Assembly (NCBI GenBank): GCA_965217775.1
Contig: CBDCJH010000002.1
Coordinates: 4,704,001 to 4,768,000, forward strand
DNA length: 64,000 nt
Direction: 5' to 3'
Origin: Acidobacteriota bacterium
GTDB taxonomy: Bacteria; Acidobacteriota; UBA6911; RPQK01; JAJDTT01
Part shown: in pieces, positions 40,027-50,137 of the stretch
Position numbering within the stretch: the first letter of the stretch is position 1
Layout: every line of letters starts with the position of its first letter
Translations under genes and position numbers: made by a program
The notes under the pieces: model-generated
Seen by the model: only the letters and a program-made list of their open reading frames with translations
Databases searched by the model: none
What the model was told of the DNA's origin: nothing

Positions 40027-42722
40027 CGGCCGCAGCACTTCTTGTACTTCTTGCCCGAGCCGCAGGGACAGGGTTTGTTTCGACCCACCTTGGGCATGGT
40101 CCGGACCACGGTCTTGACCGCGGCTGCGCTTCTCGCGTCCATGCGACCGGGTTTCGTGCGGCGGGGTTTCGTGCGGCGGGGCGGCGGAGCCGATTCCGGA
40201 CCGGAGTAGGAGACCTGTTGCTGCCGCCGAGCGTGGGCGCCTCGCAGCTCCCGTTCGTCCTCGACGGATATGGGCCGGAGCAGATAGAGCATCCGAACCA
40301 TCTCCTCGGTGGACCGGTTCCAGAGATCCTCGAACAGTTCGAACGATTCGCGTTTGTACTCGACCAGGGGATCCCGCTGTCCATAACCCCTGAGGCCGAT
40401 CCCCTCCTTGAGATGGTCCAACGCCAGAAGGTGATCCTTCCACTGCTGGTCGATGATCTGGAGCATGATCATCCGTTCGTACCAGCGCATGACCTCGGGA
40501 CCGATCTCCGCCTCCTTCGCCTCATACCGCTGGCGGGCCATGGCGGCGAGGCTCTCGTCCAGTTCCGGGCGGTCCATGAGATGAGCGTCCTGGGGCAGTC
40601 CGAGGCCGAAGATCCTCTGGAAGTTGATTCCCAGGCCCTCGAAGTCCCAATTCCGGGGGTCCTCTTCCATGGAGACATGCGAGCCCAACAATTCCTGCAC
40701 CAGTTCGTCCGCCAAGTTGAGGATGTAGAGCTTCTGGTCCTTCCCCTCCAGCAGCTCGCGGCGGAAGCGGTAGATCTCCTCCCGCTGCTTGTTCATCACG
40801 TCGTCGTATTCCAGGAGGTGTTTCCGAATCTCGAAGTTCCGGGCCTCCACCTGCTTCTGGGCCCGTTCGATCTGCCGGGTGATGAGCTTCGACTCGATGG
40901 GGACCCCTTCCTCCATGCCCAGAGACTGCATCAGACCCGAGATCCGATCGGAGCCGAAGATCCTCAGCAGATCGTCCTCCAGAGACAGATAGAAACGGCT
41001 GGACCCCGGGTCCCCCTGGCGGCCGGAGCGGCCTCGCAACTGGTTGTCGATTCTCCTCGACTCGTGACGTTCGGTTCCGATGATGTGGAGGCCGCCGAGT
41101 CGGACCACCTCCTCGTGCTCCCCTTCCCAGGCGGGAAGAAGCTTCTCCAACTCGGCTTCGTACTCCTGGGGATTCTCATCGAACCTGCGGCCTTGGAACT
41201 TCAGTCTGGCCTGAAATTCGGGATTGCCTCCCAGGATGATGTCGGTTCCCCGTCCGGCCATGTTGGTGGCGATGGTGACCGAACCTCCCTTGCCCGCCTG
41301 AGAGATGATTTCCGCTTCCCGCTCGTGATACTTGGCGTTCAGCACCACGTGCTTGATCCGCTTGCGCTTGAGCAGCGTGGAGAGCCGTTCCGACTTATCG
41401 ATGGAGGTGGTGCCCACCAGTACGGGCCGGCCCTGGGCATTGCACTCCCGGATCTCGTCCACGACAGAGATGAACTTCTCCCGCTCCGTCCGGTAGATGA
41501 CGTCCTCGTACTCATCCCGGATGAGGGGTTGGTTGGTGGGAATCACGTTCACCTGGAGCTTGTAGATCTTTTCGAATTCGGGCGCTTCGGTTTCGGCCGT
41601 GCCCGTCATCCCCGCCAGCTTGTCGTACATCCGGAAGTAGTTCTGGAAGGTGATGGTGGCCAAGGTCTGGTTCTCACGCTCGATCGTGACCCCCTCCTTG
41701 GCCTCCAGGGCCTGATGGAGTCCTTCCGAGTATCGGCGGCCGGGCATCAGACGGCCCGTGAACTCGTCGACGATGATGACCTGTCCATCCTTGACCATGT
41801 AGTCGACGTTCCGCTTGAACAGGGCGTGGGCCTTGAGCGCCTGGTGAATGTGGTGAACCAGAGCCATGTTGCGTGGATCGTAGACGTTCTCGACTCCCAG
41901 GAACTTCTCCGCCTTCTCGATCCCTGTCTCCTGCAGCACCACGCTTCTGGCCTTTTCGTCCACCTTGAAGTCTTGCTCGCGGATCAGACGGGGGATCAGG
42001 CGGTCGATCCGAGTGTATTTGCCGGTGGATTCCTCGGAGGGGCCACTGATGATCAACGGAGTCCGTGCTTCGTCCACCAGGATGGAGTCCACCTCGTCCA
42101 CGATGGCGTAGCGGTGGCCGCGCTGGACGCATTCCTGGGCCGAGAACTTCATGTTGTCCCGAAGGTAGTCGAACCCGAACTCGTTGTTGGTGCCGTAGGT
42201 GGTATCGGCGGTGTAGGCGTCGCGCCGGTCCTGGTCCGGCATGTCATGCTGGATCATGCCCACGGAAAGGCCCAGAAAACGGTAGAGGGGACCCATCCAT
42301 TCGGCGTCCCGGCGGGCCAGATAGTCGTTGACCGTCACCAAGTGGACACCTTGGCCCTTCAGGGCGTTCAGATACACCGGGAGAGTCGCCACCAGCGTCT
42401 TCCCCTCTCCCGTCTTCATCTCGGCGATCTTGCCCTCATGGAGCACCGCGCCGCCGATGATCTGCACGTCGTAGTGGCGCATGCGGAGGGTCCGGCGCGA
42501 GGTCTCCCGGACCACCGCGAAGGCTTCCGGCAAGAGGTCCTCCAGGCTCTCGCCCCGCTCCACGCGCTGCTTGAACTCGGGAGTCCTGGCCTTCAGGGCC
42601 GCATCGTCGAGCTTCGAGACCGAAGCCTCCAACTCGTTGACTCGATTGACGATAGGTTGGATACGCTTGAGGTCCCGCTCGTTCTGGGAGCCGAGAATCT
42701 TGGCCAGAATGCGATTGAACAT
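40023..42722 (-). CDS. secA: Protein translocase subunit SecA
   Basis: [54 protein letters not shown]. Confidence 0.98.
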   Translation of the reverse strand: MFNRILAKILGSQNERDLKRIQPIVNRVNELEASVSKLDDAALKARTPEFKQRVERGESLEDLLPEAFAVVRETSRRTLRMRHYDVQIIGGAVLHEGKIAEMKTGEGKTLVATLPVYLNALKGQGVHLVTVNDYLARRDAEWMGPLYRFLGLSVGMIQHDMPDQDRRDAYTADTTYGTNNEFGFDYLRDNMKFSAQECVQRGHRYAIVDEVDSILVDEARTPLIISGPSEESTGKYTRIDRLIPRLIREQDFKVDEKARSVVLQETGIEKAEKFLGVENVYDPRNMALVHHIHQALKAHALFKRNVDYMVKDGQVIIVDEFTGRLMPGRRYSEGLHQALEAKEGVTIERENQTLATITFQNYFRMYDKLAGMTGTAETEAPEFEKIYKLQVNVIPTNQPLIRDEYEDVIYRTEREKFISVVDEIRECNAQGRPVLVGTTSIDKSERLSTLLKRKRIKHVVLNAKYHEREAEIISQAGKGGSVTIATNMAGRGTDIILGGNPEFQARLKFQGRRFDENPQEYEAELEKLLPAWEGEHEEVVRLGGLHIIGTERHESRRIDNQLRGRSGRQGDPGSSRFYLSLEDDLLRIFGSDRISGLMQSLGMEEGVPIESKLITRQIERAQKQVEARNFEIRKHLLEYDDVMNKQREEIYRFRRELLEGKDQKLYILNLADELVQELLGSHVSMEEDPRNWDFEGLGINFQRIFGLGLPQDAHLMDRPELDESLAAMARQRYEAKEAEIGPEVMRWYERMIMLQIIDQQWKDHLLALDHLKEGIGLRGYGQRDPLVEYKRESFELFEDLWNRSTEEMVRMLYLLRPISVEDERELRGAHARRQQQVSYSGPESAPPPRRTKPRRTKPGRMDARSAAAVKTVVRTMPKVGRNKPCPCGSGKKYKKCCGR

Positions 42723-42900
42723 GACTATTCGTAGTTTATCACGTGGACATCAGCGGACCAGTTTCCGCAATCGACCATTCCTGCACATCCGGCAGAACGA
42801 CACCGGTCCATTCTGAGAATTCACAAATTGCAAACTCCGGTCACTGGGTGTTCCACAGTTGGAAAGCCGATGTTTCCAGGCTCCAGCCTCCCGCACCTTG

Positions 42901-43058
42901 CAGTCCGTGGTGAAAGTCGCGCGAGCACCGAGACCGGTCCTGCGCCCGCCGGACAAGGCGCGATGAGGGAGCATACCGGGAGTATGTGAGCCGATAGCAA
43001 CGCCGTCCGCCGGGATGCAGGGACGGTCGAATGCCGTGACGACTTTTGCCACGGGCTG
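42901..43058 (+). mobile_element. MITE family A copy 3 (158 bp)
   Basis: Perfect CTTG duplication at 42897-900 and 43059-62. Confidence 0.93.
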
Positions 43059-43081
43059 CTTGGTTGCCCCACTGTTACTCT

Positions 43082-43111
43082 GGAGTTCGGCGGCTAGGAA
43101 ACCGCCGCTCC
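43082..43111 (-). repeat. GGAG-type REP immediately after a stop codon
   Basis: GGAGTTCGGCGGCTAGGAAACCGCCGCTCC, same family as 20775-20803. Confidence 0.8.
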
Positions 43112-43113
43112 GC

Positions 43114-45765
43114 TCACAGCGACTTCGCTCCGAGGCCCTCCAGGCTCCAGCCCACGACCCAGCGGGAATGGTTGTCGTGCCCCGAGGCCGCGTTGTCGGC
43201 GTCGATCGGGGCCACCGACTCCAGATTGGACTCCCGGAGAAACTCCTCCAACAGGGACCGATGTCCGTACATGGCCACCAGGAAGCGAATGGGGTCGACC
43301 TGGGCCAGAAGTTCCGTTTCATAGGCATCGATGGCGTCGGCGCCTCCCTCGATCAGTCCTAACGCCCGTTTCAGCCCAGGCACGAGATTGATCAGGCCGG
43401 CGCCGCCCCGGGGGACCATGAGACTGCCGTCCGGCTCGGTGACGTGGGTCCAGGAGTGGGTCCCGCCGGCGCCGATGTAGGCCGAGGCGCCCATGCCGGC
43501 CACGATGGGAATCCCATAGAGCCGACCCAGATCCAGATAGGGACGGATGTCCTGGTCGGCCTGCCCCCTGAGGTCCTGCAGCGGATCGAGTTGGAGTTGG
43601 TCGACGAGCTGCTCGCGGCACCAGCGCTCCACGTCCAACCCTTGGGCCAAATTGCGGAACAGCCCCGCCGCTGGAATGCGCACGGCCACGGGGATGGGCC
43701 GATTCCGGGCGGCGAGTCCGGCCTTCAGGTCCCGCAGCACCCGGGTGAAGAAGTCCGCCCGCCAGCGAACCCAGTCGCGGTAGGGCCGGCCGGCGGAGAC
43801 GTCGATCTTTCCGGGATCCACGCCGGTCGCCTTTCGATAGGCCGCGACCATCTCAGGGTTGTACAGAAGCATGGGGACCTGCCGGTCGCATCCCACCAAC
43901 AGGCCGTCCGCCCCCCGCTCGGCCACCTCCAGCAGGATGTCGACTCGCTCCTTCCTGACCTGGGGAAAGTAGTAGCTCAGGCCCCTGGAGTCCGATCCGT
44001 CCTTGGCGATTCTCCACCACTCGGGATGGCGCTTGTAGAAGTCGCTGGAGAAGATGCCGCCGTAGCGGTTGGCGCCATAGTGCCGCTGCATCGCCAGCCA
44101 GGGCCAGACCTGCGCGCGGCATCCCTCCCGGGTCCGGTTGACCTGGGACAGGGCGTCGTACTCGTTGATCATGTGGATGCGCCTGCCGTAGTCGTGGGGG
44201 GAGTAGTCCCGGCTCTGCTGCGCCTTTTCGTAGGAGGCACAGGGGAACCGGGTGGTCTGGGGAAGCCGGCTGTGGTATTCGACCCAGGACCGGCCCACCG
44301 ACCAGCCGATGGTCCCGAACCCCAGTTCGGACTGGCCGCAGACGATGCTCCGGAACTGGTCCGGCAGGAGGCGGGCCCAGACCACGTCGAAATAGCAGGC
44401 CCAGTCGTTCACCGCCAACAGCGGCGTCGGTGGCTTGGACATCCGGTTTCCGAGGGTCCGGACCGATTGGGGCGTGACCGGAACCAGGCGCAGGAGAGTG
44501 GCCATGCCTCGCTGTTCGCCGGCCTTCCTCCAGTCGAGCCACCGCCTGGGGTCGCCGCTGGAGTAGAAACGAATGACTTCTCCGGTCAGGTCGGCGGCGG
44601 TGACGAAGGTCTCGTCGCCCAACTGGGTGGGAGGTGCGTCCCGGATCAACCCCTCACGGCCGACCTGAACGTGCAGACCCGAGCCTCCAATCCCCAGGAA
44701 GACGGCATAGGTCCCCCGGGTCGGCGGGCGATAGGTCATGGGAGGAGCGGTATAGTCGCCTCTGCCCACCAGGGCGACGCCATCATTCGAAAGCCGCTTC
44801 CACTCCCAGGACTCCCCATCGATGGGTCCGTCACCCCACCGGCTATGGGCGCGCTGAAAGTCACGAATCCGGATCTCGGGACGCCCCGGATCGATCTGAA
44901 GGCGCCAGGAGGCCAGCGGGGTCAGCAGGAGACTGTTCGGGGACTCGGTTCTCCGCCGGTAGTCCAGGACGGGGCCGTCCGGCCAGAGCCGTCCCGCCAG
45001 CCTGGGCAGGAACCGCACCCGGTAGTTCCCGTCGGGCCAACCCTCGACCGGGACGGAAAATCTCTGCAATCCTTCCGCACGGCTGAGCGTGACGTTTCGG
45101 GTCCGGAGGGAATCCCCAGAGGCGTCCAGCAACCTCAATTCACCTTCCATGCGATCGGGACCGACTCCCGGACGGACCTCCGCCAACAGCGTCAGTCGAT
45201 CCTGGTCCAGGAGGACTTCCGGGTCCATCCGGAGCGAGATCAAATCAGCGGATCCCAACTTGGGATCGAATACGACTCGATCGGGTCCGTTCTCCACGAA
45301 ACGCAGGGCCTTGACCGGAAGCCCGCCCTCACCCATCCCCAGCCGTTCGGTCGTGGTGTCCCGGCTGAGTTGCTGGCGGAAGATCCACGTCTTCTCCAGG
45401 TCCTGGCCCTTCACCTGGAGCTCGAGCTCGTACCCTCGAAAGTAGACGGCGCCCGCTTCGTATTCGTAGCGGCCGGGAGCGGTCAGAGGGCCCAGATCGA
45501 AGCTGATCCGATCTCGGAACGGCCGGGTCTCGGTGATGACCCTGCCGGACGCCAGACGCCTGGTCACCCGCCCCTGGAACTCCCGGTCTCCAGGTTCGAG
45601 AGCGGTGAAGCTCAAACCATGGTTGGCGCCCGGAACGAGCTGCAACTCCCGGTCGGACGGGTCGTGGTCCACCCCATCGAAGGAAAGTTTCACCCCATCG
45701 GAGGCCCCGGCGAACGCCGGCAGGGTGAACAGAAAGCACAGAATCGGAAGACGGCTCCAGGTCAT
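43114..45765 (-). CDS. Large secreted protein with C-terminal glycoside hydrolase-like barrel
   Basis: Signal peptide; FYKRHPEW, LSYYFPQVR, GADG, GLDVERW resemble GHL10-like barrels. Confidence 0.6.
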   Translation of the reverse strand: MTWSRLPILCFLFTLPAFAGASDGVKLSFDGVDHDPSDRELQLVPGANHGLSFTALEPGDREFQGRVTRRLASGRVITETRPFRDRISFDLGPLTAPGRYEYEAGAVYFRGYELELQVKGQDLEKTWIFRQQLSRDTTTERLGMGEGGLPVKALRFVENGPDRVVFDPKLGSADLISLRMDPEVLLDQDRLTLLAEVRPGVGPDRMEGELRLLDASGDSLRTRNVTLSRAEGLQRFSVPVEGWPDGNYRVRFLPRLAGRLWPDGPVLDYRRRTESPNSLLLTPLASWRLQIDPGRPEIRIRDFQRAHSRWGDGPIDGESWEWKRLSNDGVALVGRGDYTAPPMTYRPPTRGTYAVFLGIGGSGLHVQVGREGLIRDAPPTQLGDETFVTAADLTGEVIRFYSSGDPRRWLDWRKAGEQRGMATLLRLVPVTPQSVRTLGNRMSKPPTPLLAVNDWACYFDVVWARLLPDQFRSIVCGQSELGFGTIGWSVGRSWVEYHSRLPQTTRFPCASYEKAQQSRDYSPHDYGRRIHMINEYDALSQVNRTREGCRAQVWPWLAMQRHYGANRYGGIFSSDFYKRHPEWWRIAKDGSDSRGLSYYFPQVRKERVDILLEVAERGADGLLVGCDRQVPMLLYNPEMVAAYRKATGVDPGKIDVSAGRPYRDWVRWRADFFTRVLRDLKAGLAARNRPIPVAVRIPAAGLFRNLAQGLDVERWCREQLVDQLQLDPLQDLRGQADQDIRPYLDLGRLYGIPIVAGMGASAYIGAGGTHSWTHVTEPDGSLMVPRGGAGLINLVPGLKRALGLIEGGADAIDAYETELLAQVDPIRFLVAMYGHRSLLEEFLRESNLESVAPIDADNAASGHDNHSRWVVGWSLEGLGAKSL

Positions 45766-45989
45766 CCTCGATCACACTCCCATGAAGATCCGGGGATCGG
45801 CCCCGGCGTTCGGGATCGTCCGCAGAGTTGCTCCGGTTGATCCTGACAGCCGGCGGGGATTTTTTCCACAGGCTGCCCACAACCTTTCCTCAGTTTTTTG
45901 GGGCAACCATGGATATTATGAGAGCCGCGAGGAAGGCGACTCGTCGGTATTGGACCGAAGCGTAACGTGGCGCCGGGGAGATCGGACTG

Positions 45990-47033
45990 GTGAGCTATTC
46001 CAAGGGCTTCAAACTGATCGGGACCTGCCTCTCGGGACTCGGTCTGATCTTTTTGGCCTCGATTTCCTGCAGCCACACTTCTCAAACGGTTCCCCCCGAC
46101 GAGTTCGGCCGCGTCTACCCGGTGGCGTTGCGCCTGAAGAACGGCTCGCCGCTTCTCAAGATCGAATTCAGTTCCCGCGGTATCCAGAAGCTGACGACCG
46201 TCGAGGAGCCGGGACTGGACTGGATCTACCAGGGTGCCTATAGCGCCTGGGACTACACGGAGTGGCACTGGTGGAAGGGTCATCCCTTCGACTTTCAGGC
46301 TCGCGGACCTGAAAATCCGGCCTACTGGGACTCTTTTCGTCCCCGTTTCCAGGGAAACCCGCGGGTGGATGCAGAGAAGATCGGCGAGGGCTACCTGGGG
46401 ATCGATTTCGGAACCGACGGCTTCGGGTTCCAGCAGGACTATCTCTTGCCCGGCGAGGCCGCTCCCGGCCGAGCCTATTGGGACATGTTTTTCACCGCCG
46501 TCAACGCGACCGGAAGACAGATCGAGGAGTATGGGCATTTCTTTGCCTCTTACACCTCGATCAACGGCTCGCGCTCCTTCTGGTTCTGGGACGCCGGAGG
46601 AGAGTTGGCCTTGTGGGCGGACCGGGGGGCCGGGCACTTGAACGGTTATGTGAGCAGCCCCGAGGCCTACTTTTTGGGCGAGGGCAGAATTCCCCATTGC
46701 CCCCGCGGAAACGGCCGCCTGATGGGCACTTGGCGCCATCCGGTGCTGGTTTCCCACGCCTCACCCGCCGGCTGGCGCTCGGTGATCCTGCTGGACCCGG
46801 AGACGACGGCCGCCGTCACCTGCGGCATGGAGGGGACCGCCATGGACTACATCTTCTATCCCGGCCACAGGGAGCGGGTCTTTCCGCCCGGAGGCAGATT
46901 CCGTTCCCACCTGCGGCATCTTATGGTCAAGAATCCCGGGCTCCCGACCCGGGAGCAACTGGACAAGTGGTGGATGGAGTTCCAACAGGCGAGACCCGAC
47001 CTCGAACGGTGGCGGGACGGTCTGCGAAAGTGA
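45990..47033 (+). CDS. Hypothetical lipoprotein
   Basis: GTG start with GGAG RBS; hydrophobic N-terminus ending SISC; aromatic-rich. Confidence 0.65.
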   Translation: MSYSKGFKLIGTCLSGLGLIFLASISCSHTSQTVPPDEFGRVYPVALRLKNGSPLLKIEFSSRGIQKLTTVEEPGLDWIYQGAYSAWDYTEWHWWKGHPFDFQARGPENPAYWDSFRPRFQGNPRVDAEKIGEGYLGIDFGTDGFGFQQDYLLPGEAAPGRAYWDMFFTAVNATGRQIEEYGHFFASYTSINGSRSFWFWDAGGELALWADRGAGHLNGYVSSPEAYFLGEGRIPHCPRGNGRLMGTWRHPVLVSHASPAGWRSVILLDPETTAAVTCGMEGTAMDYIFYPGHRERVFPPGGRFRSHLRHLMVKNPGLPTREQLDKWWMEFQQARPDLERWRDGLRK

Positions 47034-47059
47034 TGGGCCGGGCGGCGGGTCGCGGCGCC

Positions 47060-48550
47060 TCAGTTTCCGGCGACGTCGTGAAGAAGCCGCAACAGCGTGC
47101 CGCGAACCTTGGCTTCGGACTCCACCGTCAGATAGCTGGACCTCGCCCGCCAAGTCTCGTAGCCGCCCAATTCGTGTTGCCGGGCGGTGGGCAGGTAACC
47201 GTTGTAACCGTTCGCCAACTCGACCACGAAGGTCGGCCGCAACGGACTCTCCTTCTTGATGGCCAGACCGGTCTCGACGAAGGTCTCGCAGGGGCTGCTG
47301 ACGATCCCCAGTTCTCCAATGCGGATCGCCTGCAGCCGGACCGGAACCCGTGCCGGATATTCGGCCAGCAGCATCGTCTCGCGGGCGTAGATGCCTCGCC
47401 GGTCCCGGTAAGGTCCGGGTCCGGCTGCCGCCAGGATATTCCGGGCGCGCTCCAGGTCTTCCCGGTCCGGCAGCCGGACCCCCAGCTCGATCTCCGATTC
47501 GCTGGAAGCCAAGGGCACCCAGTCGTGATACTCGATTCGCCGGTAGGCCTGGACCGCCGAATCGGCCACGCCGGAGGCCACCAGGCGGATCTGCTCGAAG
47601 GGCTGGCGGCGGACGCCCGGCTCGAAGAAATTGACGTTGTTGATGTCGGCGCTGGTTCCGTTGGACATGATGCCCACGAACGGCGGCTCGACCTCCCCGG
47701 CGCCCACGCGCTGCGCGATCTGCTTGGCGAATTCACCGAAATAGTCCGCCGAGAGGCCGCCGGGCGCGACGCCGCCCACGTAGTGGAGCGAGTAGTTGGC
47801 CAGCAGGGCCAGCGGCCGCCCCTCCTGCGACTGAACGGATAGGACCGGAACCTCGGGGTCGATGGGGCCGGCCGGCGCCAGCAACTTGCTGCTGCCTCGG
47901 GGCGGATTCATCCTCACTCGATCGGTGCCGGCGTCGAACGGATCCCTGTACTCGAAACCGGGACGCATGAACCAGCGCCGGTTGAAGACCTGGCGGGCGT
48001 TGTTGCCGACGGCCCAGCCGACTCTGGCCGGTTCGAGCCGCGAGGCGGCATCGATGACGGCCTGGGCCATCCGTTCCTTCAGAAACTCCCGGTAGGCTGC
48101 TTCAGGCTCACTCTGGAAGACTCCGGCGACGGTGACGGCGGTGTGGGTGTGGGTGGCCGACATCAGCATGTTCCCGGCCGGGATCCCGGTCGAGCGCGAC
48201 GCCTTCTTGCGGGCGTCGTCGATGATGTCCCTCGGAATCATGCAACTGTCGCTGACCACGATGGCGATCCGGACCGAGCCGTTGTCCAGGACCAGGCCGC
48301 GCGCGTTGAGGGGATCGTGCGCCTTCCCCACCGAGCGGTCGCTCATGCCCCCGTTGGAAGAGACGGGAAAAGTCCGGGGAGTGATGTCCACCACGGAGGC
48401 GCCGGCACGCAGAACCTTCCGCTCGCCTTGGGCAGAAATTCCTGGAGCCGTGCCAGCCGGGACCAACGCCAGCAGCACGAACATCAGGAGCCAACGTGTC
48501 AACATGGTCGTCAATGGCATCGCAGGTCGATCCTGGAAGAGGGATTTCAA
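47060..48550 (-). CDS. Neutral ceramidase-superfamily hydrolase-like protein
   Basis: VDITP, HDPLNAR, SATHTH, FNRR, NYSLH, SADY, ELANGYNGYLPT, GGYET. Confidence 0.75.
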   Translation of the reverse strand: MKSLFQDRPAMPLTTMLTRWLLMFVLLALVPAGTAPGISAQGERKVLRAGASVVDITPRTFPVSSNGGMSDRSVGKAHDPLNARGLVLDNGSVRIAIVVSDSCMIPRDIIDDARKKASRSTGIPAGNMLMSATHTHTAVTVAGVFQSEPEAAYREFLKERMAQAVIDAASRLEPARVGWAVGNNARQVFNRRWFMRPGFEYRDPFDAGTDRVRMNPPRGSSKLLAPAGPIDPEVPVLSVQSQEGRPLALLANYSLHYVGGVAPGGLSADYFGEFAKQIAQRVGAGEVEPPFVGIMSNGTSADINNVNFFEPGVRRQPFEQIRLVASGVADSAVQAYRRIEYHDWVPLASSESEIELGVRLPDREDLERARNILAAAGPGPYRDRRGIYARETMLLAEYPARVPVRLQAIRIGELGIVSSPCETFVETGLAIKKESPLRPTFVVELANGYNGYLPTARQHELGGYETWRARSSYLTVESEAKVRGTLLRLLHDVAGN

Positions 48551-50040
48551 TGAGACTGTATCATCTGCGGCCGAGGATCCTCCACAATCCCGGGAGGACG
48601 TTGGTTCGCACCCGGCCGCCCCCGGTCTCCGAGGTCGACGCGCGCCTCCTCCGCCAGCGCCATCAGCCGATCCACGATCTCAGGGTGCTCGAGAGCGACG
48701 TTGCGTGCCGAGCCAACGTCACTTAGGAGATTGAAGAGGAGGGGTTCCACCGGCCGTTCGTCCCCAAAATGAGGATGACGGCGGAACGAGTCCAGCGGCA
48801 CAAAGAGTTTCCAGGGACCCTGCCGCACCGCATGAAGCTGATCCCGGTCGTAGTAGTAGAAGGCCTCATAGGGCGAAACGGCGGACGGCTCCGCGAACAA
48901 CAGGGGACGAATATCGTGGCCGTCGAGGATACGATCCGGCGGCGGCTCGCCACCGGCCAGGCGAGTCAGCGTGGGCATCAGATCCATGTTCGTGGCCAGC
49001 TCCCGGCACACGGATCCGGGCGCGATCCGGCCCGGCCACCAGGCGATGGCCGGCACCCGAAAGGCGCCCTCCGCCGTGGTGTACCCCCGCCCGAAAAGAG
49101 GCGCGTTGCTTCCCCGCTCCGGACTGGCCGGGTCCCGGGACAGAGGGGCGCCGTTGTCTGAAGTCCAGATGACCAGAGTGTGTCGATCCAGCTCGAACTC
49201 CACCAGTTTGTCCAGGATCCGGCCGGTGGACCAGTCCAGTTCCTCGACCGAGTCTCCCCAGGGACCGTTTCGGCTCCTACCCTTGAAGCGCTCGCCGGCG
49301 AAAGGCTTCCGGGTGCTTCCCGGCATCGCCTGAGGCAGATAGAGAAAGAAGGGCCGGTCCCGGTTCGCCTCGATGAACTTCAGAGCCCGCCGCGTGTAGC
49401 GTTGGGTCAACCGGTTCCGGTCGACTGGGGCCTCGACGACGGTTTCGTTCTCCATCAGCGGCAGCGGGGGCCATCGGACGCCGTCCATCCGTTCGCCGAT
49501 CCGCCGACCGACGGCCCGCGTCATGTCGTCACTGTAGGGAACGCCGAAAAAGGAATCGAACCCCTGCCGGGTGGGGAGAAACTCCGGCTGATCCCCCAGG
49601 TGCCATTTGCCGATGACGGCGGTGGCATAGCCGAGAGGCTTCAAGGACTCCGCGATGGTGATCTCATCCGGGTGCAGCCCATAGGGCGAGACGGGCCGCA
49701 GGACCTGTCCGTCCCGAGGGTTCGTGTGCATCCCCACCCTCTGCGCGTAGGCCCCGGTCAGGAGACTGGCGCGCGACGGCGTGCAGACCCCGGCGGTGGC
49801 GTAGAAGTGGGTGAGCTTGAGGCCTTCCCGGGCCATGCGGTTCAGACCGGGTGTCCGATGGAGCCGGGACCCGAAGGGCTCGACGTCGCCGTAGCCCAGG
49901 TTGTCGCAGACGATGACGATGAAATTCGGCGGCCGCGTGTCCTCGGCCGAGCAACCTGTCAGGAGCTGAACGGCGAGGGTCAGGGAAGCCGGGAAAATGC
50001 GGTGCGATCGTCCCGGCGCAGGCTCGTTCGCAGAAACCAC
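48547..50040 (-). CDS. Arylsulfatase (formylglycine-type)
   Basis: PNFIVIVCDNLGYGD, CTPSRASLLTG, GKWHLG, TSDNG; start uncertain. Confidence 0.9.
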   Translation of the reverse strand: MVSANEPAPGRSHRIFPASLTLAVQLLTGCSAEDTRPPNFIVIVCDNLGYGDVEPFGSRLHRTPGLNRMAREGLKLTHFYATAGVCTPSRASLLTGAYAQRVGMHTNPRDGQVLRPVSPYGLHPDEITIAESLKPLGYATAVIGKWHLGDQPEFLPTRQGFDSFFGVPYSDDMTRAVGRRIGERMDGVRWPPLPLMENETVVEAPVDRNRLTQRYTRRALKFIEANRDRPFFLYLPQAMPGSTRKPFAGERFKGRSRNGPWGDSVEELDWSTGRILDKLVEFELDRHTLVIWTSDNGAPLSRDPASPERGSNAPLFGRGYTTAEGAFRVPAIAWWPGRIAPGSVCRELATNMDLMPTLTRLAGGEPPPDRILDGHDIRPLLFAEPSAVSPYEAFYYYDRDQLHAVRQGPWKLFVPLDSFRRHPHFGDERPVEPLLFNLLSDVGSARNVALEHPEIVDRLMALAEEARVDLGDRGRPGANQRPPGIVEDPRPQMIQSH

Positions 50041-50137
50041 GAAATACAAATACCAGATTGAAGGGCGACGAGCGCCGCCTTCCGGCTTGGAGCGGCCGAT
50101 CCGGACAGGTAGTCTTGACCGAACCCTGGGACCTGGA

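Noticed and set aside
42751-42846. Possible fourth, degenerate MITE upstream of secA (CAGCGGACCAGTTT..GCAAT / ATTGCAAACT..GGTCACTG)
   Set aside because: The inverted match needs several gaps, there is no clear TSD and there is only one copy.
45862-45878. DnaA-box-like TTTTCCACA suggesting oriC
   Set aside because: Only one or two imperfect boxes, with no AT-rich unwinding element and no dnaA context.
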